64,000 nucleotides of DNA from Podarcis liolepis. Lineage: Eukaryota. Shown one piece after another: positions 38,249-52,397 of this stretch. How positions within the stretch are numbered: position 1 is the stretch's first letter; each line of letters starts with the position of its first letter. The position numbers and the translations under genes were made by a program. The DNA is taken from assembly GCA_965112155.1 (NCBI GenBank), contig OZ218107.1. One strand, 5' to 3'. A model generated the notes under the pieces. It made no database searches. It saw only the letters and a program-made list of their open reading frames with translations, and was not told where the DNA came from.

Positions 38249-38734
38249 GTAAGCCATGAAAGGTACCTGCTTTTACTTACAGGCTCACCAACAGACTGAA
38301 TGAATAATTTCCCCCCTATGGCCAGATGATACTTGTTCTTGGGGTAGAAATTAATTGAGTCATGCTTTCCAAATCTGTGTAGCAATTTGAATTTTGCCAT
38401 TGGGAGAAATTATCATCTTGGAATTATCATCAAGCAAATTTGTGAAGTTACATGATATTTACATGGTTTTTTTAAAATATAAAAGCAAATGTAAGAAAAA
38501 ATATTTTCTGGAACAAGCAGGAAACGAAGAGCAATAGAAATAATGTTGTTTTCTGCTGCTTGTGGTCCATTTACTGCCAGAGTATTTCTCAGCATGTGTT
38601 TGATGGAGGAGGTGATGTGAGGTATGACAATAACACAAAAGGAAACACCAGTATATACAACTGTAAAGTTTAAAGGATTTTTGCCATCTTTCTCCAAGTC
38701 TCTAAATCTGTGGGCAACAGCTCAATCACAGGGT

Positions 38735-38868
38735 CAACCCTTGACATCTGCAGGTAGCACTGGGAGACATCCCTGCATGAAACCCTGGAGAGCTGCTGCC
38801 AATCAGTGTAGACAGTGTTGAGCTAGATGGTCTAATTCAGCATAAAGCAGCCTCCTATGTTGTTCCTA
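38735..38868 (+). mobile_element. SINE 3' fragment (family of 55175-55354)
   Basis: caggtag..ctgggag...tgaaaccctggagagctgctgcc...tgagctagatgg...ataaagcagcctcctatg. Confidence 0.7.
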
Positions 38869-39332
38869 AATGTACATTGTCTCTGATCCCAACACCCAAA
38901 GTGTTTTGCAGGTATGTGTACACATGTTTGTACACAAATACTGAAACCAACCCACAACCAATTGGTTGCCTTAAAAGGGCACACTTGTGGGGAGGGCTGT
39001 TGTTTTCCAGGGAAATGGAAAACAAAGATGGTTTTTTTCCTTTCACTGATCTGACCTTCCATTCTGAATGTTCAGATATGATGTGAAGTAATTCTTAGCT
39101 AGCCTGCCACTCTTTTTCTCCTCTCTTATAGCACAATGTGCCACCTTCATCCTACTTTCTTTTTCCTTTATCTTCCCCAGTTCCCATTTCCAAATGTGAT
39201 GTCAACACCATTTGCCCTTGCTTTCTCCCTTCCTGCCTCATATATACAAAACCTTATGAATGTGTGGCAGCCTGTCGCTGTTTTAACTTACCCGAAAGCA
39301 TCCTTTATTCTTGAACAGGTTCCAGCTCCTGA

Positions 39333-39548
<216 letters not shown>

Positions 39549-39949
39549 TAAATTATATATATTTTTTGAGGCGAAGTGCAGGGGAAAATATTTTAAGAAA
39601 AACAACCAGAATGTTTGCTGTTCTTTTTCTAATTTAAAAAACAAACAGCACACACACACTGCTTGAAAGAAACATTATACACTCTGAAGTTCAATCCTGA
39701 ACTAGATTTCAGAACCAGGTTCTAGATGTGAAAACGAGAATACTAACAACAACTTCAGAAATATTGGTCCCAGGTTCCAGAACTAGAAGTTTAATTATGT
39801 TCAAATACATTTCTTCAGCTTTGCTTCCCAAAGCCTGGAGTTGACCTATGACAATCATTTGGCATCCCAGCAGTATGACATGCAGACGTTCAGAAGAAGC
39901 TTTTCCTATCACTTTGCCTTATACCCAAAGAAGTGAAGGCAGAGTCTCT

Positions 39950-40365
39950 TTCTTGCTTTCTTTTTTGAAGTTTATAAGCCTTTTTTGCGTGCAAAGCCCT
40001 CAAAGCACCATAAAACTTTAAAAAATCAAATGAAATCACAATAGCAGCAGAGAAAATATACTGACAAAAAAAGCTAGATACTAATTCTTAACTGGCTAGT
40101 TCATTTCCATTCTGAGGATCTACATCAATATGGCGCTCTGTGCCAGTCTACAGAAAGGGAAAGGACTAGGCTGGCTTTCTGGGGCAGAGAATTCCAGAGC
40201 CTGGGTTAAACCAGGCTGAGAGTCAAAGCAAAGTGAATAACAATGGAGTCACATGCTCCAGACAACAGGATCCCAACATCAGCCTGAAAGCAGTATTTTG
40301 AACACATTTCAAAGCCAGAACCACTAGAACATATTGCAAAGTACTGCAATTGCATATTACCACCT
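39950..40365 (-). mobile_element. Internally deleted L2 3' fragment
   Basis: Minus strand LALKCVQNTAFRLMLG..LEHVTPLL (L2 LQLVQNAAARL...EHITP), then LWNSLP and an L2-like 3' end. Confidence 0.6.
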
Positions 40366-40384
40366 CTCCCCATACTAGCCCACC

Positions 40385-40555
40385 CAGAGCCTGCAAGAAA
40401 GGCCTGAGGCCCTTCTTCGTGTGAGGTCTGGGGGGTGACAATACAAGAACTGGCCTTTTCTGCAGTAGTTTCTCGCTTGTGGAATGCTCTCTCCAGGGAA
40501 GCTCACCTGACACCTTCATTATATACCGTAAGGTGCTGGCAAAAACTCACTTCTG
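40385..40555 (+). mobile_element. L2 3' fragment
   Basis: ctgaggcccttcttcgtgtg (identical to 4271-4290) and tggaatgctctctccagggaagctcacct. Confidence 0.7.
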
Positions 40556-40837
40556 TGTAAGTTCTGTACCTGAAAGCAACTGCCGTTTAGAATAACAGTA
40601 ACTGTATAGAAACAGTAACCAAATCAGTTCTGGGTGGAATTTAATGATGGGCTCTTCCAATCTTTCCACCCACATAATCATTTCTGCCTGCCAGATGGAA
40701 CAATACCAGCTCTCCTCCCTAGGGGGCAGCGTGAGGAGATGAGGGGGAAAGGCCCTTTCCATAAGAAGAAGTCCTTGCACTTGGCTTCCACTGATGGGGC
40801 TGGCCTGTATTTTGGGGTAGGATAGAAAAGTACCTAA

Positions 40838-41122
<285 letters not shown>

Positions 41123-44100
41123 TGAATCAATAGATTCACAAACAGCAGAAAATTTAAATGGATCTCTTTGGGTGATTGGGCATTTGCATGGCTCACAATA
41201 CAGAGCCACTAATTTCCAGCTGACCTGAAATTATCTGCCTGACCCTATGTGTGTTTGCTCATAATTTCTCCAAAGTAAACATGCTACTTTGTTAAACTGA
41301 AATATATATTCCCTTGGACAACTGTTCACATTTGAATTGGTACTCAGCAAATGTGCAAAATTTTGCAAATTTTGTCATGCATATGAATTTTAACGTAATA
41401 AATTTGCAACCCTTGATTGCTTTTCCTACTTTGGTTCTGCTTGCCTTGGCTGTATAACTGGAAATTTACATGACGACAATGATGATGATGATATTACAAA
41501 GCTATGTAATGTTACATTCATCTATCTCTCATTACACTAATTGCATTAATGGAATTATTTCCTTTCAGAGATTCACCCAAAGTGCCTAATGGAGAACCTC
41601 TGCACATTAACCCCTTGCAAATTAATTCACATCTAGATTGTGTGTCAGAAGAAGGACAGGGATAGGGAAGTTACAGCAATCTAGGGGTCCTTGAAGCAGC
41701 AGAAACGACAAACGATCTCCACTGTCATACTCTACTGCCTCCATAAATTTGAGACATATTAACCATTAATTTAATATCCTCGGGTGGGTGGGGGATGTAG
41801 ATGGAGTAGTTGTGGGGGGACAGGGAGCAAAAGATGCAAAGCTGTCTGATTAGAGAGTTGATTTATGAGTGAAGGGCAAAGGCAGAATACAGAAAATAAG
41901 TGAAAGCACTTGGATGCTGGTAAGATACTGGTATATTCCCTTGGCTTCGTTGAGCTGTGAAATGGCCCCCTACGTAAGACCTTCTGGTTTACCCACAGGC
42001 TGAAAATATGAAGATGCTTGAACTGAGATATTTGTGTGAAAATCGTTTTACCCGCTTCTCAAATTTGCCCTGAACGTATCTATGCCACCAAGTTTCTGAG
42101 CCCTGAAGAAAAGATATTTTGAAATGGAAATTTAGTCAGAGCTTTATGTATAGTCATGCCAAAGGGAGCTGTTGTCCACAAGCTGTGGACAGCATGCATG
42201 GACCAATGCACATATCTAAGGAGATGTATGCAGAGTTGTGAATATTCATGAAGATGCTCATGCTGAAATTTCTGTATACACACCATGCACATATTTTTAG
42301 TACAGGTAGCAGAACAGATGTGAATGGTGAATAGCTTGAATGAATTATTTGGGGCAAAACTGGATTCTATATGTGAAATGATGACATACATTGTTATGAG
42401 AAACACGCATTGCACAAGGCCAATATGGATATGTTCATGTATGTTTTTTCTGGATACCAAATGCTACACAGAGTTCACTGTGTGTTTGCAGCTGTTTGCA
42501 TAGTCCACATGATGTTAGCCCATGCAACTCAATGGGATTTACTTCTGTGTAGTCATTGAGGATGATTGTCATATCTTAATTGTTGAGGTATCCTGAAAAG
42601 GTACTCTTGCTTTATAAATCTGTGGTGATTCTGGAAGAAGCAGCAGCAAATATAGACCATGCAAAACTGAAAATATGCAATGTTCAACAATGTTTCTTTG
42701 CAATTATGCAGTGGAGCTAGTTTAAAGTTTTATTTTATTTATCCATTTTCCCTTTAAAAGTTTCCTTTAAAAGTTCCTTACTCGCTTCCTCAAATTTTAA
42801 AAATGCAAATTATAAACATCAATACAGAGATAAATTAATTTGCATGCAAAAATAAATGTTGATGAAATGCTTCACTGTTAAGTATTCAAAAAGCCAAAAA
42901 ATGCAAAATGAATGTTTCTCATAATAACTTATCTCATCTGCATTGCATATGCGGGAGCCAGATTTGCCATCAGATACATTCATTCAATTCTTATTGAAAG
43001 TCAGCTGGAGTTGTGGCACATAAGCCTGCATTAATAAGCATAACTAATAGACTCTGTGAACTTGGTTTGAGTTAGTTCCATTAAAATGCAGACGGAAAAA
43101 GAGCAGCTGTGTGAAGGAACTCTCTTGGCCTTGTACTTCATTGCATGGATGTTTCTAGTTGTTTAGATCACAGTGACCTTGTAGGACTTAAAGAACTTTT
43201 GAAAACCTGTGCTCACACTTACTTAACAGAACAACAATAGCTATGATACCAAATGCCACAATTTGTTATAGAGCTAGAGGCGTCATGAAATTTCTGTTCT
43301 ACTCATGGGAGTGCTCCTGAATGTCTAAAACTCGTGACGTGAAAAAGATTTATGTGTGCCTCTGGTTGCAAGTCATACATAAGTATGCCAAGACTCAGAG
43401 TGCAGCACTGCATACTTTCATCTTACGGGGAGGCACCTGTATCACTTCCTCCCGGTTGCAGTTTAGGTTGCAGGAGTAGCTTGCGGAGTTAGTTGCTTCA
43501 GTGACTCTATTTACGATAATGTTTGGATAAAAAAAATGCATGCATGTATTGTTAAGGCAGATGGCATTTTGTTATACCTCACTCTTCATTTGAGGTACTC
43601 AAAATGACCTTTTAGCTTCACAGCAACCAGAAGATGATGACTAGGTGAGTTGCCCAAGGTCACCCACTGAGCTGAGCAGCCAAGGGTAGATTTGTTTCTG
43701 GGTTTCCCACAGAACGTTAGGGTCCTTTCACTCAATTATTTTGTGGGATTCAGGCATATTTATTTAAGACACTTTTCTGCTGCAGGACTGTCACATTTCC
43801 CCTGTGTTCCACCTACAGCATTTTGTGGATGGGAAATGCAAATTGTTGTCCTTTGTGCAGAATGTGGCTGCTGGAATTCCATTGTACCCACCTAAATGTC
43901 AGTGTCACAACAAATACCCCACCCTCACTCATTTACTATGTTAACACAATTTTCTATACTTTTTAAAGTTCAGCTTTTAGAGTTGTGCTTTCTTGGGGAC
44001 TGTTTTTATTTTTTGTTAGAGGATCATTCAATCCCTAGTACACTCATGTAGCCCTCAAAAGACAACAGGTGAACATCAGCAATGCCAAGTGTTTTTCAAT

Positions 44101-44833
44101 AATTTTTATTATTTTTGATGTGCTTTCCCTTTCTAGAGTTGGAGAGCACATCCTTTTTGTTTTGTTTTGTTTTAGAGTAGTGAAGAGGAGTTCCCCCACT
44201 AGTGAGGCTCTCCCCAAACATGACTGCTTTCTTCAGTTATATGGAGGACTGGGAAGCCTATTGGTTGATAACTGATTGGCTCCGCCATTAAAACTGAAGC
44301 CTACCAGCGACCCATCACACTGCCAAAGCATGCTTTGATAACTGGGAACATCCAACAAGGTTCTGCCATCTCCCAACTTCCTCCAGCTGCATGAATTTCC
44401 CTTTCTTTCTCTAGTTAGTGTTAACTGCAAGGTTTCATTGCTACATCTGACCTGGCATAAGAACAGTTACCACTGACCATAGTTAGCTTCTAAACCAGAG
44501 ATTGAAGTAAACTTCTAACCCTGGTTTCAGTCTCTGTTTTAGAAGCCAACTGCTATTTTACCTCTTCAGATTTAACACTGCAATTCTATGGACACTTACC
44601 TGGGAGTAGGTCCTGTTGGCGCTTACTTCTGAGCAGACATGGTTAGAATTCTGCTGTAAATTAGTTCATATTAACCAGGAAGAACAGAGAAAGAGAGGAA
44701 GAAAAGTGTGTAAATTTATGGGATTCTTCCAATATACCAACCTATGTTTGTGCAATCAGACAAAGTGATGTATAAGAGAAAAGGGTCAGGATTTTGTACT
44801 AACTACTTGGAATGACGGACTTTGCCAGTCTGA

Positions 44834-45136
<303 letters not shown>

Positions 45137-46752
45137 TGAAAACCTTTTGCTTCTTCTCCGATTTTAATTGAGTGCACCCTGAGCTTGGTTAGCAATAATG
45201 CAGCCATAATTTAATTTATGATGTTAGTAATAAATAACATGATAATTCAAATGATAAGAAAACTTTTTAATTTTATTTTGTGTGTGTTTTTTAATTGATT
45301 TGTGAATATCTAAACCCAAGTTTCTCAAAGTATAAAGTGAGCATCCCTATGTGTTGGCATCCTATAACTGTATGAACAGTTGCCAGGAGAACTGAAACGA
45401 CTTCCCTGATAAACCCAGATTTTGTATATATCTTGACTGGGCAAAGAAATAGAATGTGCCTGCTCTCTTCTTAGCAACTGTGAACTAATAAACTAGTGCT
45501 CTGCCTCCCATTCCTTCTGCTACCCTTTAATCCACTTGAACTCTGCTTGGGGCAAGTATGACAAATACAACATTTTGTCTTTGGCTGATTTTGTTCTCCT
45601 GCTTTCCAGTTTCTGTAGGAATTTCTCACAAGCTGAGAAGTGCTACACAGCAATGCTCTGAGAGGTTATTATTATCTTCCCTGTAAAGAGGAGGAACAGA
45701 CACTGATATGCTTAAGTCCATGGCAGAAATAGGATTTAAGCACACACACACACCCCATACACAATAGCCCACTCCTATGCATAGTTATATGGAAATCCCT
45801 CTATATTCAATTGGCTTTACTCCCAAATAAGTGTGCACAGGATTGCAGCGATAGGTTATATATTTTAGCATGAAGCTTAAGAAAATGGAAGAATATCAGC
45901 TAAATAGCTATATTTGGAAGTACTTAGGCTGGAGAGAAAAAATACCCCCATGTGAATTAATGAAGTTACAATGTAGTTGGTAATTTGGGGCTCTGCTGTT
46001 ATTGGTAAATGAGGGATGGGGATGCAACCCTGAAAGGAAATTTCCCTCACCCGTTTTCTTAATATTTTTTTCTTCCTTGCGCTCATTTCCTGATTTTTTT
46101 GCAATTATGTGAATTATAGATGCAGATGTTTTATGGTAGGCTGGGCTGTGCAGCAGCATTAGACAGAGGTCACTGGCTTGTGGTCACAGAGGTGATGAAT
46201 ATAGTGTTGTAAGCTCTAGTTTATCATTAGTGCATTGTTTTATTTTTTAACAATAATAATATTTATTAGTACAATATTATCTTATCATACTTTGTTCAAA
46301 CCAGGCATGTCTGATATGCTGCAAGTCTCGTAGATTAGATGTCATCAAGACAGATGTCCGTAATATTTGTGACCTTCTCAGTGCCTTTTTTATTATTCAT
46401 TCTGTCCCATTTTAACCTCACAAACCATCAAAGATGCTGAGTCTTCAGTGGTTGCTGATGGATGAATTAGCATATATAAGAAGCACAGGATTATTGTTGG
46501 TAGATTCAAATCCTGGGGGGAAAGGCCTTTCTTCCTATGTCCCTCCCCCTCCCTTTTGAGATATTAAATGTAATTTGTACCAAACCATGGGCTATTCTTT
46601 ACCTTAAGGTGTATTCTGGATTTCAGGTTCTTGGATAGATGGCCAAACTTCATGTAATGTAAGGGTTCTGTGGCTGGAATTCCTGTTGTCTTTTCCCATT
46701 ACAAAAAGATTTGCCTGATTTGGAAGAGGGAATTTAACAATTTTTTAATGTA

Positions 46753-47208
46753 CCGTATTTTTCGCCCTATAGGACGCACCGTCCCATAAGGCGCACCTAG
46801 TTTTTTTTTTGGGGGGGAAATAAAGGGGGAAAAATATTTTCCCCCAGGCGCGGGGCTGGGGCGGCCCGAGCTTCCCCCGACCCCAGCCCCCAAACAGGCA
46901 GCTCTCTGCAAGCCGTGGGAGCCCAGCGCTGGCTCCCGCTGCTTGCAGAGAGGTCCGCGAAGCCTGGACGCGCTGATCTCAGTGCGCGCAGGCTTCGGGA
47001 TGCCGGCAACTCTCCCCAAGCAGTGGGAGCGCTCCCGCTGCTTGCGGAGAGGTCCGCGAAGCCTGGAGAGCGAGAGGGGTCGGTGCGCACCGACCGCTCT
47101 CGCTCTCCAGGCTTCAGCGAAAGCCTGCATTCGCCCCATAGGATGCACACACATTTCCCCTTCATTTTTGGAGGGGAAAAAGTGCGTCCTATAGGGCGAA
47201 AAATACGG
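46753..47208. mobile_element. Young Tc1/mariner-superfamily (pogo/Tc2-like) MITE
   Basis: Perfect 27-bp TIRs ccgtatttttcgccctataggacgcac, TA on both sides (46751-52, 47209-10), CpG-rich interior. Confidence 0.93.
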
Positions 47209-48450
47209 TATGTGTTGCATCCACACTTCTTAGGTCCCCATCTTTTCAGAAAGTCCTTCCCTGGGCAGCCAAAGAAAAAGAGGTGAATTGGTCTCAGCAC
47301 TTTCCCCCAACACCAGAGGTGTAGCAACTATCACTCCTCTCCTCTCCTCTCATTTTGTCCCACAGTAGCTGCCCAGGCAAATCCTTCCAGAAAGTAGGGG
47401 AGGAGTTAGTCTCATAGCCAATAGGAGTTGGAAGTTGGTGGGTCCTTCCAACTCCAGCAAATGCTCCATGCCTCCAAGCTTGAAGATATAGTCGTCCCTC
47501 TGCTTGCATCAGGTTGGCAACCCACAGCTTTGAAGGCTGCCTGCACATTACACTTTGTAAGCTTTATTTCTAGAAGGGCTGAAGACATACTGTTTAAAAA
47601 ATTAAAAACTCAGTGTTTGGGTCTTCTGCTGCCATGAGCCCTGGTGCAATTGCTGCAATTGTACCATTATAAATCCATCTCTGTTAGGACTGCATGGATT
47701 CCTATTGCCTGGGGTCCAAACAACTTACTATATCAGTCACAGCTCTGACCTCACTTATTGGCTAAAAACATTGAGAGGCAGGAACAGCCAGGCTGGCTCA
47801 TTTGAAAGAAATTATTCAGAAAGGCACCTGCATGTTATGATTGAAAAATTTCTTATTAGAAGGGCTAGAAACTTCTTCTTTTTTTAATGAAAGCTCTGAG
47901 TCTGGTAACCCCCTTCAGGGATGCCAATGAAGGCCTTCATGGGCACCAGGTTGGTGACCTCTGTCCTAACGGACCAGCCTCCACTGATTTTAATTGGGAA
48001 GAAGGAGAAGCAAACAGTAGAAACAAAACAACTAAAATGCTAGAATTCAACCATCTCAATTCATTGCTTGTAGTCACATTTCAAAGCTCTCCTCTCAGAT
48101 AACAAGGCACACTAATGGCTTGGAGGCCCCTCAGCCCCATGGGGCCCTAACGCTGCAGACACCTATAAATCCTTTCCTGCTGGGAGCAGCAACATTGACA
48201 TTGTTAGAGGTGTTGGGGCTTGTAGTCTGCAGGTGTGGCCTTCTTATTCCAATCTAGAACATTACTTTCCGAAAATCCCTTGCATCCTAATTTTGATTTC
48301 TCTTGCTGTTGTTTGTGTCTGTCTTGAGTGTTAGTTATGAGGTAAGTCTTGTCCCTTCACCCCCGGCCCCTAAATTCTAGCCTTTGGTGTGATTGATTTA
48401 AATCCAGTGTTAAATGCTTAAAGACCTCTGTGTCTCTGAGTAACAGTATA

Positions 48451-48676
48451 CAGTGGTACCCTGGGTTACAGACGCTTCAGGTTACATACGCTTCAAGTTA
48501 CAGACTCCGCTAACCCAGAAATAGTACCTCGGGTTAAGAACTTTGCTTCAGGAGAAGAACAGAAATTGGGCTCCGGCGGCGTGGCAGCAGCTAAAGTGGT
48601 GCTTCAGGCTAAGAACAGTTTCAGGTTAAGAACAGACCTCTGGAACGAATTAAGTACTTAACCTGAGGTACCACTG
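48451..48676. mobile_element. Tigger-like MITE
   Basis: TA|cagtggtaccctgggtta ... taacctgaggtaccactg|TA; internal gcttcaggtta subrepeats. Confidence 0.88.
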
Positions 48677-48688
48677 TAGTATCTTGCT

Positions 48689-48752
48689 TAGAATCATAGA
48701 ACTGTAGAGTTGGAAGGGTACCTCAAGAGTCATCAAGGCAAATCCTCTGCAT
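48689..48752 (-). mobile_element. CR1/Squam2-type 3' tail fragment
   Basis: tagaatcatagaactgtagagttggaaggg. Confidence 0.75.
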
Positions 48753-49443
48753 CATTCTCATGGTTCATTTTTGCTGAACCTATTTTCTTCCTCTAGCAGA
48801 TCCCTCCAAACAAATTCCCATGTATACATGCCTCCAATTATTTCCCCCTTCAGATAATTGTTCCTTAAATATTCATTTCCCAGTTCCTTATTCTTTAAGG
48901 TCAAAGGAAAGGGCCAAAGGTTAAAGGACAAATTGGTGATAGCGTAACAGGCAGGTGTTCATATCTCTGAATGTATACATTCATAGAAGATGCTGAACTT
49001 ATTTGAAATAAAGGGGTTATTTTTCACAATAGAAATAGGATTGCAGTTTATTTCTATGATTCTGTGCTTTTTGGTTCAGTTGATTTGTCCATGTTACTGG
49101 TTTTTAGTGTTATTCTTTTCAACATTTTAATCTTAAAATCCAAGGCACATAAATCTTATTATTCGGCTAGGCCCCTGGATATGAAACATAATCTAGCAAA
49201 ACATATCCTTACCTTTAAACACTTGAACAGCCTAGTTTAAAAATCAGTAGGATTTTACTTAAAGATAAGTACATCCTCATTGTTATAGACTGGGATCCTA
49301 AGCATACTTTCTGTGAAACTAAGCTCCTTTCAAATCAATTAGGCCTGCTTTTGAGTAAATATATTCAGGATTGAGGTGCCAGGCAGCACTTTCCAGTTCT
49401 TAAGCTATGGAACACTTGTTACAGGAAGAGATCTCACCTAGCA

Positions 49444-49558
49444 CATGGGTGGGGAACCTGTGACTGACATCATCACTGACCATTAACCATGTTAGATGGG
49501 TCTGGGTGGGGGACTGGAGTCTAACAACATCTGGAGAGCAACAGGTTTCCTACCCCAG
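49444..49558. mobile_element. hAT-Charlie/URR1-like MITE, internally deleted
   Basis: gggtggggaacctgtg ... aacaacatctggagagcaacaggtttcctacccc. Confidence 0.65.
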
Positions 49559-50315
49559 ATCTGAATTCTTCATTGAATACTTTTCACATTAGCTGGATGC
49601 TTCAATTTTACACAGTGTTTAAGGGCTGCTGCGACCGTTAGGAAGTAGGAAGAATAGAAGTGATTTATGAGGTCTGTGGACAAAGAGTTGCAAATCAAGA
49701 TGTACCATTGAGTTTACAGATTTGGCCTTTTTAAGTTTCTTGTGCCCTTCAATAGAAGCTTCTTCGTTGGAAGAAAATAGACTGGTTAGTTATAAAGTTA
49801 TGAATGTTTAAATACACCAACATGTGATATATTTTTTGTCTTTCCTGCCCTCCTTTAAATCTCAGCTCAAAGTGGAACGGCTTAAAACACTGGTATGACT
49901 GTGATGTGCTTTAGCTTTGACTCATTCCTCATAGGATCTTCTCTCTTCCTCAACGCTGCAGGGATTAATGGTGGTAAAAACTTGTAATGGGACTCTTCAG
50001 GATTAATGGGAGTACAAATGTGTTTTTTCTCAGTACCTTAAGCAGATAAAGCCTAAAGACATGCAGAGAATAGGCATGCTGACTTTTGGACTTGGATTTC
50101 ACTCATGCTGGAAGAGGGGCATGTGTGAAAATCTCCCAATAGGCTACACTTGAGGCAAGATGGAAAGAAATAATCAGCATATGATTTAAAAGATTACAGT
50201 TTCAAGGTGCGGCTAACAGTAATTCTGTGCTGTCTTTTCCTCTTATCTCGCTGCAATATTACATGATGGGTTTTGGACATTATATTTCTGCTCTTGTTCC
50301 CTTTGAAGCTACCCA

Positions 50316-50705
50316 TAGGAAAATAGGAAAATGTGAATCTCCATTATCCTGAGTCAGAATATTGGTCCATTTAGCCCAGTATTGTTTGTGTTGACTAGCT
50401 ATGGCTCTCCAGGGTTTTAGCTAAGGGATTTTCTGCCTGGAGATGCCAGCGACTGTGATCTACCACTGATTTAAATAAGAAGAGCCCTTCTAGGTCAGAC
50501 CCAGAGTCCAACCAGTCCATCTAGTCAGATGCTTCCAGGAAGCCTGTGTAACCAGAGCAGTCAACATGCATTCTTTTCTTTTCCTCATAGCTGATATTCA
50601 GAGGCACACTGTCTCTGTCTCTGAGCCTGGAGATTCCATTTAACTATCGTAGTTAACAGCTGTTGATAGACCTGTCTTCCATGCATTTGTTTAACCCCCT
50701 TCCCT
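50316..50705 (-). mobile_element. SINE fragment (50316-50470) followed by an old CR1-like 3' fragment (50475-50705)
   Basis: cataggaaa...ggtccatttagcccagtattg...ggctctccagggttt; then ataagaagagcc...gtccatctagtc...ttgatagacct.tc.tccatg.atttgt.taac. Confidence 0.55.
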
Positions 50706-51255
50706 AAGGGCTGGATTAAACGAGACATTGGTGGCCCAAAATCAGATGTCCTGTCTCTTTTAAAAGCAGCCAAGCATGTGCAAATTTGATCAGGACCACG
50801 GCCAGGGAGGAGGGATGTTAATTATTTTCTACCATGTTGTTTGTCCATTTAAAATCCCCTCAAAGCTGCTATTTTCTCTGCTGGGCTAACATACAGATGT
50901 CAATGCATTGAGACTCTGACACTCTGTGTAGCAGGCTCTGTGCATAGAAATTTTGTGCACTGGAGAATCATTGTAACATATATATTTGCTCAGGAACCTC
51001 ACAACTATATTTCTCAGTATCTCTGGTGCTGATGTGCAAAAGCCATTCATTCCTCTCTCACATGATCTACATGGCACATGACATCCACAGCCTGGGTACC
51101 AGGTAGGCAGTTGCAGTAAGACTTCACTGCCCTGACCTCCTCACCCTGTTGCCATGATTGCACAAATGTTTAACATATCTGCCCCCTTATTTTTGTGGGA
51201 ATGTTCTGGGGTGCAGGAGAGGATATATTGACTAATTATATCCTTATCCAACTTG

Positions 51256-51738
51256 TGCTAACAAGTTCCCAAAATATCAGCAGAGTTTATAGACATTCCC
51301 CTTTAAGTTCGCAACGGTAACGTGTGCACAGGTTCGCTAGAACCTCTATAATAATTACTCTGGTAATTTCCCCTTTGTTCCCTCTTAAAATACAAGACAC
51401 AACACAGTCTTTATAAAAGTATAAAGAGTTTACTCACGATCTGTTCACAATATGATCCCAGACGGCAGACAGGCTTAAAAAGGTTACATATACTTAGAAT
51501 CTATCTTGTTGCAAGATAGACCTTATCTCCTCCCTTGGCTGAGAGCCAAGAGGGCATCTTTAGATGTTTCCTCATCGAAGGAAAATGGCAGAGAGAGAGA
51601 GAGATGGCTGCCTGCCCTGTGCTTTTGTCATTACCTGCACAGGTGAGGCCACACCCACCTCTGGTCACATGCGGAGGAAGTCCGTCCCCAGGAAGTTTAC
51701 CTGCTTGCTGGACAGACATCCCTCCCCATGTTCTAACA
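51256..51738 (-). mobile_element. Putative solo LTR
   Basis: ~480 bp bounded by tgctaa / ttctaaca (TG...CA with short inverted ends); minus strand has an AGTAAA polyA-like signal followed by a GT-rich tract. No TSD found. Confidence 0.4.
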
Positions 51739-52397
51739 TGTACACTCTAGGAATGTTGTCATTGACTGCTCCTGTGTTTACATCCCACAATTTTCTCCTC
51801 AATACTTTGTTACTGGAGCTCACTCACGCTCAGTATTTTATCCTCAGTATTTTAATCCATTGGAGATGCAGCAAATTGGTCATTTATATTAATTGGATCA
51901 GTTGGAAACAGCAAAAGAAGAAATGTGTGACTGACTGCTTTGCTTATCCTCTTTTCACATTGGTGCATAGTGCAAAGAGTGGCTTCACATGTTTCCTCCA
52001 CAGAGAGATTTACGTGCTTCAGATATTGGTAGCATTTGGTAAAATGCTGTATATTTCTGGTGTGCATATTTGTGCTGAGAAGACTGGTGACCAAATTTAG
52101 CATTAACATTTTGCATCCATATTTTATCTCCTGACATTATTCCCATAAATGCATCTGTATAAAAAAACCTCTTGCCAGAATTTATCACCAACAGAAAATT
52201 TATTGAATGGCAGACACCCAGATACCTGCCTTTGAATTATTACAATGAAGTTACATGGAAAACATCACTCAAAATGAACTTTTCAATTCACGATACAACT
52301 TGTAGAATTGGGGTGCTGCTTCAGATGTAACAATGAGGGCTTATGTGATCCCTTATCTCTGCCAGCATGGAGAAGTTTGGAGTTTGAATGCTTTAGT

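Noticed and set aside
46699-47327. Overlapping 83-176 aa ORFs
   Set aside because: They span the GC-rich MITE; no transposase motifs.
51564-52100. 178-aa plus-strand ORF
   Set aside because: Crosses a (GA)n tract and the edge of the putative LTR; no homology recognised.
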